DNA from: a virus
Reading direction: 5' to 3' (one strand)
IMG/VR virus record: IMGVR_UViG_3300050821_011467
Span: 1-64,000 of that record
DNA length: 64,000 nt
Position 1 is the stretch's first letter, and each line of letters starts with the position of its first letter. The translations under genes were made by a program, and so were the position numbers. This document shows, in pieces, positions 10,303 to 18,851 of this stretch. A model generated the notes under the pieces. That model worked only from the letters and a program-made list of their open reading frames with translations. It ran no database searches and had not been told where the DNA came from.

Positions 10303-11906
10303 CCCGAACGCGCCCCTCATCCCCCTGGCCCCGATTGGGGCTTTTTTTGTGCCTGGGGCTTGCCTCGCAGGCGGCTGCGGCGCCGCCATCCTACACGTCC
10401 TTCGCGATGTGCCTACCGACCGCGCACCTGTTGGCGCCCCCTCAGACCGACTCAACCCCCAATCCGTACTGGTGGTACAACGGCAAGATGTACCTGCTGG
10501 CTCCCTCCGGCAATGTAATGGTGAGCCCCGGCAACAGCTGGAACCTGACCTCGCGCACCACCTACAATCCCGGCTTGACCAGTGGCGGGGCTGTCGACTC
10601 GGCCCCCGACATCAGCAGCATTACCGGATGGGTCAATGCGCAGCGCACCCGCCGCCCGTGGGTGTCCGGGGTCATTAGCATCGGGGCCCCCGGCAGTGAG
10701 GTGCTCTACGGGTTCTACCATGAGGAGCAGGGCGCCTGCCCCTCGACCCCGGCGACGCCGGTCAAATGCACCTCGGCGACGGCGCAGGCCCAATGTCCCG
10801 GAGCGGGCCCATTTTGGCAGTGCTATTGGGACAAGTATTCGTCGCTGCCCGATCCGCGACCTGGCGGTGACGGCTACTGCATGACGACGACGTCCGGTCG
10901 CGCTGGCGTCGCAATGTCGACCGACCATGGCAATACCTGGATCGATCGCGGGCGGATTGTCAGCGAGTCGCTGGCTGCCGAGTACTGCGCAGCGGCAACC
11001 ACCGGGGTAGGCTGGTCTGGCGGCGTCGAATTTCCGGTGCCGATGCTTGATCCGGATGGTTACGTCTATGTCACGATATCAAACCTCAGTGGCGATCCGG
11101 CGAACCCGACGGCATTGGTCAATCAAGGGGTGCTGATCGCGCGGATATCGATCGCGGACCTGGCGCAGCCGGACGCCCAGAACCGATTTAACTTTTGGGA
11201 TAATGTCACGCATAGTTGGACCTTCTCAACCCAGGGAACGTCGGCGAGCGCGGTCCCGCCATGCCCGACCTGCACTTGGGCGAATTATTTGACGCATGTG
11301 CAACCGCTGGCTAATCCACATAATACGCAAAGCTGGTCCACTCCCGGCCCCTACCCGAGCCCGCAAGGGACTTATTCCTTGCCGCAGACCGCCTGGAATA
11401 CGAATTTGGGAACATACATTTTGCAGGCGACCAATTTCATCAGGATCAATGGTGGGACGCAACAGCCCGGGCTGTGGTACTTCGCCGGGGCTTCCCTGGC
11501 CAGCGATCCGCTAAACTGGCAGGGGTTTACGACCTGGAGGACGCCCGACGGGCAGATCTGGCAGGGCAGCGATTGGAATAATTTTACGGATATTGTTTAT
11601 GATTTCACCCCGCCGGGGGGCCCCCATTTGCAATCGCAGTGTCAGTATTATCTAGAGATGGTTGGGGGTGCGGCTAATGCGGGATGCTCGGCCGCCCGCG
11701 GCGGGGGCACCGACGGCCTAGAGACCGACAAGTGCTTTGCTGACGCAGATTGGTACACCAATAATTTCGGCTGCCCTACTCCTGGGACCTGGACCGGCGT
11801 CCACGAGTCTTACATGCAGATCAAATTTCGCGCGGGGGCCGATGCGACGTGCGCGGGGCCCAACACGCCGGTTGCTGCCAGCCCCGGCCGACGTTGGTTC
11901 CCATGA
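10296..11906 (+). CDS. Secreted Cys-rich protein with an Asp-box; possible beta-propeller glycoside hydrolase
   Basis: Hydrophobic leader ending SQAAA-A; Asp-box AMSTDHGNTW; LYGFYHEE and DGYVY motifs seen in propeller hydrolases. Confidence 0.55.
   Translation: MLTRTRPSSPWPRLGLFLCLGLASQAAAAPPSYTSFAMCLPTAHLLAPPQTDSTPNPYWWYNGKMYLLAPSGNVMVSPGNSWNLTSRTTYNPGLTSGGAVDSAPDISSITGWVNAQRTRRPWVSGVISIGAPGSEVLYGFYHEEQGACPSTPATPVKCTSATAQAQCPGAGPFWQCYWDKYSSLPDPRPGGDGYCMTTTSGRAGVAMSTDHGNTWIDRGRIVSESLAAEYCAAATTGVGWSGGVEFPVPMLDPDGYVYVTISNLSGDPANPTALVNQGVLIARISIADLAQPDAQNRFNFWDNVTHSWTFSTQGTSASAVPPCPTCTWANYLTHVQPLANPHNTQSWSTPGPYPSPQGTYSLPQTAWNTNLGTYILQATNFIRINGGTQQPGLWYFAGASLASDPLNWQGFTTWRTPDGQIWQGSDWNNFTDIVYDFTPPGGPHLQSQCQYYLEMVGGAANAGCSAARGGGTDGLETDKCFADADWYTNNFGCPTPGTWTGVHESYMQIKFRAGADATCAGPNTPVAASPGRRWFP
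10328..10348 (+). terminator. Possible weak intrinsic terminator/attenuator
   Basis: GCCCC-GATT-GGGGC followed by a T run just after the stop at 10302, but overlapping the start of the next ORF. Confidence 0.3.
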
Positions 11907-12003
11907 GGGGGTGGCTGTGGCTGTCGCTGGCGGCGGCCATTGCCGGTGCGCTCGTCGCACACGCCATGTAATCTATAGGCACGTAAAAGGAGTTGCAAAG
12001 GAA

Positions 12004-12417
12004 ATGGCACGTAGGATCGAGCTCAAAATTATCGACGTGACCGAAGCCGCAGGGGGCTCGGTCTTCAATTACGGCGAGCTGCTGACCAATATACTGCGGT
12101 TTGGCCCGCCTGGCGGTGGCATGAGTGCCGATGAGGTCCTGCGTTGCGGCAATGCGCAGGAACCGCTTCTGGCGGCGATCAAGGACGAGGCCGATCATTT
12201 TATCATGACCGACGAGCAGTGGCGCACGCTGCGCGACAAGGCGGACAAGTTCCAATATACCGTCGCGATCCAGGAGGTTTGCGACTTTATTCTGATGATC
12301 CGTAACGCCAAGGAGATCGGTGCCGAGGAGGAGAAAGCAAAACGGCCGAGAGCGGGAGCCGATGGCCATAGCGCCCCCAAACCCACCCACGCAGAGGCGG
12401 GAGCTACCCCGATGTAG
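12004..12417 (+). CDS. Hypothetical phage protein
   Basis: Purine-rich RBS (AAAGGAA) before ATG 12004; protein-like composition. Confidence 0.65.
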   Translation: MARRIELKIIDVTEAAGGSVFNYGELLTNILRFGPPGGGMSADEVLRCGNAQEPLLAAIKDEADHFIMTDEQWRTLRDKADKFQYTVAIQEVCDFILMIRNAKEIGAEEEKAKRPRAGADGHSAPKPTHAEAGATPM

Positions 12418-12579
12418 CGGGTGTCGCGGAAAAAATACCGCTTGCCTTTTCGCCTAATTTCCCCGATTATTTTTCTGCACCGAAAAATTCGGGGTCGCTT
12501 CGGCGGCCAGCCACAGCCCCCACCTCGGGGGCTGTTGCGTTTCCAGCTCTTCGCCTACCCAGTTTACCCAAGACCCGGC

Positions 12580-12611
12580 GCCCCAGCCTCAATCGGCTGG
12601 GGCTTTTTTTT
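12580..12611 (+). terminator. Rho-independent terminator
   Basis: 9-bp stem GCCCCAGCC/GGCTGGGGC, 6-nt loop, then T8. Confidence 0.85.
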
Positions 12612-12624
12612 GTTTCTAAAGGGC

Positions 12625-12701
12625 TGGTGCCGGGGGCCGGAGTTGAACCGACAACCTGCCGCTTACAAGGCGGCTGCTCTACCGGTTGGAGCTACCCCGG
12701 C
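12625..12701 (-). tRNA. trnT: tRNA-Thr (anticodon TGT) with encoded CCA
   Basis: Folds as a cloverleaf: acceptor GCCGGGG/CCCCGGC, D stem GCTC/GAGC, anticodon stem GCCGC/GCGGC with loop CTTGTAA, T loop TTCAACT, 3' ACCA. Confidence 0.95.
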
Positions 12702-12928
12702 TGTTCATCGGATGGCCGGCAGACATTGAAATCAGCGTCTTTGTCAGGATCGGTTTGAATCAAAAAGACGTCGTAAGTTCGGCCGCACTCCGCGGCGAAA
12801 CTGCAAATCCACTCCGCGGCAACTTTGCCCATCATTGGGGCACGCTGGGAGTATGCCGCCGCTTCCGGGCACGAAGAGGGATCACCGCATAACAGACCAA
12901 GCCAAGTACATAAGAAGGCGATATGCAT
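12692..12928 (-). CDS. Hypothetical Cys-containing small protein
   Basis: ORF between the PEP-CTERM gene and the tRNA on the same strand; overlaps the tRNA 5' end by 10 nt. Confidence 0.3.
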   Translation of the reverse strand: MHIAFLCTWLGLLCGDPSSCPEAAAYSQRAPMMGKVAAEWICSFAAECGRTYDVFLIQTDPDKDADFNVCRPSDEQPG

Positions 12929-13032
12929 CTCAAGCCATCAAGTTCTCGCGGGCCCCGCCCCTTCGGGTGTTCCTCCTTGCGCGCCATTATCCAACGCGCA
13001 CCGAGACCCGCTCGGCCCCGCCCGCAAGCTTG

Positions 13033-13686
13033 TCAACGGCGCCTAAACCCATGCCGGTGCATCATAAAGCCGAGACCGAGCAGAGCCCCACCGAGCAGGG
13101 CCAGCGAGCTCGGCTCGGGGATGGCAACGGGGGTTCCAACGGCAACAATGCTCACCGAATAAGACGCTGACGGACTCGACAGGCAGGTTGGCACCGGAAC
13201 GGCAGTGCCGGCACAGACGCCTTGGCCAGTCCACTGGCCGGCCCATACAGACTCATCAAATCCGTTGCCCGTGACAACCCCGACCATCGAAAACTCAAGC
13301 GCGTCGCTGCCGAGATCGACAATTTCGCTCATGTCCAGCGGGGTGCGCTGAATAGCACCGATAGCCGTGACATCGAAAGTAAAGCCTCCATAGCTGTAGA
13401 TGGTCCCGCTCGGAGCCAGCAGATTGATTGTTGCGGCAGTCACCGGACCAGCGAGGTTGCAGGCGGGGGCAGCGCTGGTGAATGAGCCGGTGCAAGTGTT
13501 AGACGCTGGCGTCCCTTGGGTGACGATGTTCAAGCTCGATACGATAGACGTGCTCGGCACGGGCGGCACCGTAACGCCGCCATCACTAAGCGAGATTGCG
13601 CCAGTAATTGGTTCAGAATGGAGAGCCGAGGTTCCGGGTAGCAGTGACGCGACAATGGCGGCCGCAGCAAACAATGATAATTTCAT
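13033..13686 (-). CDS. PEP-CTERM sorting-domain surface protein
   Basis: Signal peptide MKLSLFAAAAIVASLL...; C-terminus IPEPSSLALLGGALLGLGFMMHRHGFRRR is PEP + TM helix + basic tail. Confidence 0.9.
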   Translation of the reverse strand: MKLSLFAAAAIVASLLPGTSALHSEPITGAISLSDGGVTVPPVPSTSIVSSLNIVTQGTPASNTCTGSFTSAAPACNLAGPVTAATINLLAPSGTIYSYGGFTFDVTAIGAIQRTPLDMSEIVDLGSDALEFSMVGVVTGNGFDESVWAGQWTGQGVCAGTAVPVPTCLSSPSASYSVSIVAVGTPVAIPEPSSLALLGGALLGLGFMMHRHGFRRR

Positions 13687-13851
13687 CGGCGATTCTCCAG
13701 CACGTTTAATTCTCCGTAAGCTCGTCAGCTCGGGAGGTACCGGATTTTGCGCTTTCTGCTTCGCTCGGCCAAGTTACTTCTTCATGAACAAAATAATCCG
13801 GCACATAGGCCGGGGTAATAAAATTCTTTTCGCTTTGATTTAAATCTTTAT

Positions 13852-14076
13852 TCATTTACCAGGGCGCCGTGGTAATCTTTTGTCCTTCTCCAGCGCCCGA
13901 TATGCCTGCAGCTTGGTCGATCTCAACGCGTTGCGGCCACCACGCTGGTAGAGCCTGACCCATTCGGCAAATTCCTCCTGAGAGATCGCGTACTCGACGA
14001 GGATCGCCACCAGCGAGCGCTCACCGCTGCGGCACGCCTCGATCAGCGCGGCCTTACGCTGGCTGGTCCAGCGCAT
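13852..14076 (-). CDS. sciP: SciP/DUF1153-like protein (CtrA inhibitor family)
   Basis: MRWTSQRKAALIEACRSGERSL...EY.ISQEEFAEW...GGRNALRSTKLQAYR follows the SciP pattern RW...RKA.VV.AVRGG.LS...Y.L..EEF..W...G..GLR.T..Q.YR. Confidence 0.8.
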   Translation of the reverse strand: MRWTSQRKAALIEACRSGERSLVAILVEYAISQEEFAEWVRLYQRGGRNALRSTKLQAYRALEKDKRLPRRPGK

Positions 14077-14275
14077 CGCACCATTCCCACGATCCGTCGG
14101 CCTTGGCGCGCAACACCGCGCCCACGGGTCCGCACGGGATCGCAATCCATGCCATATGTTTTGGCGGACGTGTCAGCAGCTCGCCGACCAGCTTGACCAG
14201 CAGCCAGACGCTCAGGCCGGCGCCGATGCCCAGGATTGCCGACACGCCGATTTGTATGGCGAGGCGCTTCATCAT
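14054..14275 (-). CDS. Small membrane protein
   Basis: N-terminal hydrophobic helix; coupled to neighbours in the leftward operon. Confidence 0.5.
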   Translation of the reverse strand: MMKRLAIQIGVSAILGIGAGLSVWLLVKLVGELLTRPPKHMAWIAIPCGPVGAVLRAKADGSWEWCDALDQPA

Positions 14276-14559
14276 AGCGGGTCGAGCCCGGCCCCGGCCG
14301 CCCGGTACAGCCAGCTGGCGATCGCCGCGCGGCTCGTCAGCCCTTCGACATCGGAACGCAGCTCGGCCAGCCAGCCTCGGCCCTCCTCGGAGACGTCCGG
14401 GTGGTCCCAAACGTCCGACATAATCCACTGGCGGCAGTAAGCCCGCAGGGCGGCGATTTGCGCGCCGGTCAGGGGCTCGTCGTTCAGGTAGGCTTCGACC
14501 GCCGGGCGAAGCACACCGCTAGACTCGTACATCCAATAAACCGGCTTGGTCACGGCCAT
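14272..14559 (-). CDS. Hypothetical phage protein
   Basis: MAVTKPVYWMYESSGVLRPAVEAYL...AGLDPL; stop/start overlaps with neighbours. Confidence 0.6.
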   Translation of the reverse strand: MAVTKPVYWMYESSGVLRPAVEAYLNDEPLTGAQIAALRAYCRQWIMSDVWDHPDVSEEGRGWLAELRSDVEGLTSRAAIASWLYRAAGAGLDPL

Positions 14560-14846
14560 ACGAGCTGCATTGCCGGCTGGCGGTCGAGCCCGTAGCCGGC
14601 AAACACCGCCTTGACCCGGACCCCGCCGTCGAGCGCCCAGGCGACGTCGACATTGCTGGTGCGCGGCACATACCCGAGCATTTGCGCATCGTCGGCCCAC
14701 ACCTGGACCGCCAGAGGATCATGCGGGTTCCCGGGCTCGCGAACCAACTGCAGCGGCGCTCCAAGCGGCAGTGCGTTCAGTTTCTTGGCTGCGCCCCGCT
14801 GGAACACGGCGCCGACGATCGGTACGGTCAGCGGAGGTTTAGCCAT
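14550..14846 (-). CDS. HIRAN-domain protein
   Basis: LQLVREPGNPHDPLAVQV...LGYVPR is the HIRAN signature. Confidence 0.85.
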   Translation of the reverse strand: MAKPPLTVPIVGAVFQRGAAKKLNALPLGAPLQLVREPGNPHDPLAVQVWADDAQMLGYVPRTSNVDVAWALDGGVRVKAVFAGYGLDRQPAMQLVWP

Positions 14847-14974
14847 GCTACACCCGCCCATATCAGTATGGACCCGGCGATGATTGCCAACGGGATCGGC
14901 CAATAGCTTGGCCGGCGGCGCGGTGGCATCGCGACCACCGCCCCGGTCGCCAACAGACGCTGCCATTCGCTCAT
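14828..14974 (-). CDS. Small membrane protein
   Basis: ATGA overlap with the recombinase stop; C-terminal TM helix. Confidence 0.45.
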   Translation of the reverse strand: MSEWQRLLATGAVVAMPPRRRPSYWPIPLAIIAGSILIWAGVAWLNLR

Positions 14975-16233
14975 GCTTGAGCGGCGCCCGCGTTGATCAC
15001 ATTCATCAGGTTCGCGTGGAACATGGGCCATTCGATCTGGAGACGTGCCAACTCGGTCTCGTGGGCCTCGCGGAACCGAACATAATCCCGCGCTGGCCGC
15101 TTCAGTTTGTCCATCTCGCTGAGCTTGAGGCGGGCCGGCATGTGCCATTTACTGATCGTCATGCCATCGAGCAGCGGCACCAGGACATCGTATTGCGGCT
15201 TGCCGTCGTCGGGTTCTGTGGATGTTGCGGCAGGCGCTTCGGCCGCCTCTATCTCGCCCTGCAACCGGCCGTATTCAGCATTGAGCATGTCGGCGGCTGT
15301 GGCGTGGCCGCGCTCGCGCAATGCTGCGAGCAGCTGGCTACCGTTTTGCCAGGTCGCCTCGAGCCGCTGGGGGTTGCCGCGAGCGGCTTCGAGCCGCTCG
15401 GCATAGATGGGGACCACCTCGTCGAGGCTGTCAAACTCGTGCACCTCGCCATATTCGTCGTTAAAGAAATACGGCCGCTCGGCGGGTTCAGCTACGGCGG
15501 TCTCGGCGGGGACCGGCGCTGCCGCCGGCTCCTCAGTTGCCACCGGCTCCTCAGTTGCCACCGGCTCAGTCGCGCGGGGGCGGCCGCGCCGGGGGACGCG
15601 CGGCGCCGCACTGGGCTCGGTAAAGTCTGCGAGCTCGGGGCGCGGTGGCGGGGTGACGTCGGTCAAATGATTGCCCCAGGTGTCCTCGACCTCGTCGGCC
15701 GTAGGCAACCCCATCATTACCTCGGGGCAATACAGCCGGATCAGCCATGTCGCCGACCGCCAGCGTAGCATCTGCTCCGGCATCGAGGTGTATTTGGCGT
15801 TGCGGGTCCAGCCGTCGGCCTTTGCCGTCGCCATCGACACTGTGACCTCGACCCGCTCGCCCTCGCTGACATGCGCGAGATCGCCATAGCATGTTACCTC
15901 CAGATCGATCCCCTGGCCTTTTGTGCGCCAGCGCAGCGGCCCGCGAAAAATCCCGCTGCGGTTGGCCCGTGCGATCATGTAAGCGGCCGACCATCCGGCT
16001 TTGGCATTGACGATGTAAATATTCTGCATGACCATCAACGGGTCCTCACCCATTGCGTCAGCCATCTGCAGTGCAATAAAGCAGTCGGAAATATTTTTCT
16101 GCAAGTGCTCCGGAACGAGTTTTGATTCCGAATAGAGCCGCGCCACCCGTTGGGTGAACTCAAAGCGGCTGGGGTCGCGCAGGATCGAGAGGTGGCCGGT
16201 GGTGGTGGTCGGCAGTCGGGCGTCATCAGGCAT
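14971..16233 (-). CDS. recT: RecT/Bet-like single-strand annealing recombinase with C-terminal extension
   Basis: PLMVMQNIYIVNAKAGWSA...MPEQMLRWRSATWLIRLYCPEVMMGLPTADEVED is typical of phage RecT-family proteins. Confidence 0.75.
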   Translation of the reverse strand: MPDDARLPTTTTGHLSILRDPSRFEFTQRVARLYSESKLVPEHLQKNISDCFIALQMADAMGEDPLMVMQNIYIVNAKAGWSAAYMIARANRSGIFRGPLRWRTKGQGIDLEVTCYGDLAHVSEGERVEVTVSMATAKADGWTRNAKYTSMPEQMLRWRSATWLIRLYCPEVMMGLPTADEVEDTWGNHLTDVTPPPRPELADFTEPSAAPRVPRRGRPRATEPVATEEPVATEEPAAAPVPAETAVAEPAERPYFFNDEYGEVHEFDSLDEVVPIYAERLEAARGNPQRLEATWQNGSQLLAALRERGHATAADMLNAEYGRLQGEIEAAEAPAATSTEPDDGKPQYDVLVPLLDGMTISKWHMPARLKLSEMDKLKRPARDYVRFREAHETELARLQIEWPMFHANLMNVINAGAAQA

Positions 16234-16257
16234 GGGGGAAACCTCCTGTTTGGGGAT

Positions 16258-17079
16258 TTAGCACTTGCGGATGGTGAATCGATCGGCCGAAAATATTCGG
16301 ATGCCGGGAATGTCATCGTCCCGCGCACCTGCTGCGATCAGTTCGCGCACCACCTTGTCATCGATCATCAGACAGCCGCGCGGCACGAGGGCGGGGGCGA
16401 TCTCCTCGTAATCATACTTCTCGACGGAAAATCCGGTCGATCCGTATTCTCCCTTGACCGCGGTGGATGCGGGCGGGCGCTCGATAATCGCAGCTGCCAC
16501 CAACGCCTCGGTTTTGGCGTGCTCGGCGCGTTGGGTCGCCGCCACAGCGCCGGGGCGATCGCCGGCGACTTCTTTGGCGCGGGCCTCCTCGGCCGCGCGT
16601 GCGGCTTCGGCTTCGGCACGCTGCCGGGCCACCTCGGCTTGGCGCTTTTCGGCTGCCTCGCGGCGCCGCTGTTCGGCCTTTTTGATGTCGTGGTATTGCT
16701 GGAGCCGCTTCTCGGTCAGTCCAACGATATCCTTTAATTTTTTTATCGGATCATTAAAAAACCGGTCGACCACATTACCGGTATGCAGATAGGGCGCTTT
16801 TTCCTTGGTGTGGGCTTTGTCGAGCTCGCCCATCAGGTCTTTGACTTGTTTGCCGCCCCAGGTGACGGCCTTTTCGGCTTCAGCCTCGGTGGTAATTTTT
16901 GCCGGCACCTTGGCAAACCCCAAACTGAACTCGGCAACCCGCGCCAGCTGCTCGGGATAGCGGCGCTCGAGCTGCGCGCGCAATACTGCCGGGTCGCTGG
17001 TGACCAGGTTTGCCTCGACCGGCTCGGGGGGTTGATTATGCCCGATCCCCGGTGATTGCAGTGCTGCGCCATCGGCCAT
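16258..17079 (-). CDS. Coiled-coil phage protein (GIGHN.PP N-terminus; IPGIRIF C-terminus)
   Basis: Long ORF just upstream of the recombinase; motifs common in recombination-module genes of alphaproteobacterial phages. Confidence 0.65.
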   Translation of the reverse strand: MADGAALQSPGIGHNQPPEPVEANLVTSDPAVLRAQLERRYPEQLARVAEFSLGFAKVPAKITTEAEAEKAVTWGGKQVKDLMGELDKAHTKEKAPYLHTGNVVDRFFNDPIKKLKDIVGLTEKRLQQYHDIKKAEQRRREAAEKRQAEVARQRAEAEAARAAEEARAKEVAGDRPGAVAATQRAEHAKTEALVAAAIIERPPASTAVKGEYGSTGFSVEKYDYEEIAPALVPRGCLMIDDKVVRELIAAGARDDDIPGIRIFSADRFTIRKC

Positions 17080-17245
17080 AAAATGCCTCTTGAAATGCTC
17101 GGTTTATCCGAGCGGAAATATACTTCATTCGGAATTTCGGTGCAACTGTGAAGGCCAGGGTTTACGCTATTTTCCAAAAAATATGATTTCCCTGGATCCG
17201 CGAAAAAATATTGCCTTTTCCCGGCGCCGCACTATTTTTAATAAA

Positions 17246-17488
17246 ATGACCATGCCGAGCGAAGCCGATCAGGAGCGCGCTAAATGGGCGCTTCTCCAGG
17301 CGCAGATCGATCTTGCCCACGCGCAGGTCGAACAGATCGGCCGACAAGCCCGGTTGGACCGCTGGGAAGTACCAAAGGCGATCGCGATGATCGCGCTGGC
17401 CTTGGCGGCGATTGTCGTCGCCAGCCGGGTGGCCGATCTGGTGCTGCCCGTCCGGCCTCAGACCATAATTGTTCATCTGGAAAAATAG
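17246..17488 (+). CDS. Small coiled-coil + TM protein
   Basis: Amphipathic helix, then AIAMIALALAAIVVA, then PQTIIVHLEK. Confidence 0.55.
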   Translation: MTMPSEADQERAKWALLQAQIDLAHAQVEQIGRQARLDRWEVPKAIAMIALALAAIVVASRVADLVLPVRPQTIIVHLEK

Positions 17489-17489
17489 C

Positions 17490-18017
17490 ATGCCGCGGCT
17501 GCCCGCGCTGCCCTCGCGGCGCCTCCCCATCGAGGTTGCCAAGCGCTTTGCTGGCAAATCATCAACCGACACGCCGCGCGGCTTGCAGACCAGCGATCCC
17601 GCACCCGGCTTTTTCAAGCTGAAGTTCGCCCGCGGCGGCCCGTGGATCCCTGCAATCATTTGGCGACCGTGCCCGTTGGTGATCCCGGAGCCGCTTGAGG
17701 AATATACCGAGCCGCCCGAATATTGGTGCTATCCGACCGAAGCCTCCTCGCCTCCTAGCCAGGTGTGGTCGTGCACACAAGAATTGCCGCCACAGCTGGT
17801 TGCGGAAGGGCCGACCATGTGGTCGGGATTGTGGGCGCGCATCGGCGACGACGAGGTCGACCCGCTCGAAGTATGGGGACGCGGTCCTCAGATCGGCCCC
17901 GCCGAATATTTGTGGCGCCTGCGGCTGCGCGAATGGGCGGTGCAGTTTGCTCCAGCCGAGCCCGAGGCAAACCCAAAACGTCCCGCCGATCTCGCATCGC
18001 TGCCGTCATTATTCTGA
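17490..18017 (+). CDS. Hypothetical phage protein (P.PGFFKLK..RGGPWIPAII motif)
   Basis: ORF in operon with neighbours; Trp/Pro motif pattern. Confidence 0.6.
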   Translation: MPRLPALPSRRLPIEVAKRFAGKSSTDTPRGLQTSDPAPGFFKLKFARGGPWIPAIIWRPCPLVIPEPLEEYTEPPEYWCYPTEASSPPSQVWSCTQELPPQLVAEGPTMWSGLWARIGDDEVDPLEVWGRGPQIGPAEYLWRLRLREWAVQFAPAEPEANPKRPADLASLPSLF

Positions 18018-18055
18018 AGCTTGCCCGTCGCGGGCGAGCGTAATATTCCTCGGTC

Positions 18056-18304
18056 ATGCCGAGTGAGCGGGAGCCGGGTCTGGAAATCGCCATCGATCGG
18101 GCCGGTGGGATTAACGCCTTGGCGCGTGCGCTCAAACTGACGTCTCAAACCGTAGCCGAATGGACGCGAATACCCCAACCGCACGTCCTGCTCATCGAGC
18201 AGCTCTACAAAATACCGCGCACCGAGCTGCGCCCCGATGTCTACCCACCGCCACGCCGTGGCCGGCCGCGACGGCAGCACCCCTTGGGAAAAACCGTTCG
18301 TTAA
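18056..18304 (+). CDS. Cro/YdaS-like HTH regulator
   Basis: AIDRAGGINALARALKLTSQTVAEW..IP...IE....IPRTELRPDVY. Confidence 0.85.
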   Translation: MPSEREPGLEIAIDRAGGINALARALKLTSQTVAEWTRIPQPHVLLIEQLYKIPRTELRPDVYPPPRRGRPRRQHPLGKTVR

Positions 18305-18332
18305 ACGCTCGGTTTGCCAGCCGGCGAGTGAT

Positions 18333-18692
18333 TTAACATTCGTCGTCCTGGAGCTCTGGATCGCGGGTATCAGCGGGCATGGGGCCTTCCAGATAATCGC
18401 TTTGCAGCGCGCGCAGCACCCGTAGGGCGCGCGCCAGATCATCTCCTTTGAGGCCCGCGCAAATAGTGTGCAAGGCATGGGCATCGCCTGGCGGCCAACC
18501 CACCAAGGCTGCCGGGGTACAGGTCAGCGCCTCGGCACAGGCGCGCAAAAATTCCAGGTTACACTCTTGTCGTCCGGTCTCGATTCGGTAGAGGGTCGTG
18601 CAGGATAGATTGAGTTTTTCGGCGAGCTCGATTTTTTTCATTCGCCGCCACTTGCGCCATTCGGTGATATAGTGCCTCTGCTCTGTGGCCAA
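18333..18692 (-). CDS. XRE-family HTH regulator
   Basis: ITEWRKWRRMKKIELAEKLNLSCTTLYRIETG...LRACAEALTCTPAALV. Confidence 0.85.
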   Translation of the reverse strand: MATEQRHYITEWRKWRRMKKIELAEKLNLSCTTLYRIETGRQECNLEFLRACAEALTCTPAALVGWPPGDAHALHTICAGLKGDDLARALRVLRALQSDYLEGPMPADTRDPELQDDEC

Positions 18693-18851
18693 AATTTTTC
18701 TCCCCCGAATTTTTTATATTACCCGATTTGGTCTCCCGCTCGCTCGGTTTTGACGAGTTTTTGACGGCCCGCCGATATTGCACCAAACGAATGGTTTGGG
18801 GTGTAATGAATTTGCAAGAAAAAGAATCACTCGGTCCGGAGGGGGAATGGA

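Noticed and set aside
12625-12701. tRNA as prophage attachment site or host boundary
   Set aside because: No duplicated tRNA 3' end and no integrase seen; phage-type genes lie on both sides
15526-15570. Short in-frame tandem repeats (PVATEE in RecT, PDSKISR at 25921-25962, PGM in portal)
   Set aside because: Ordinary slippage duplications in linkers with no spacer structure
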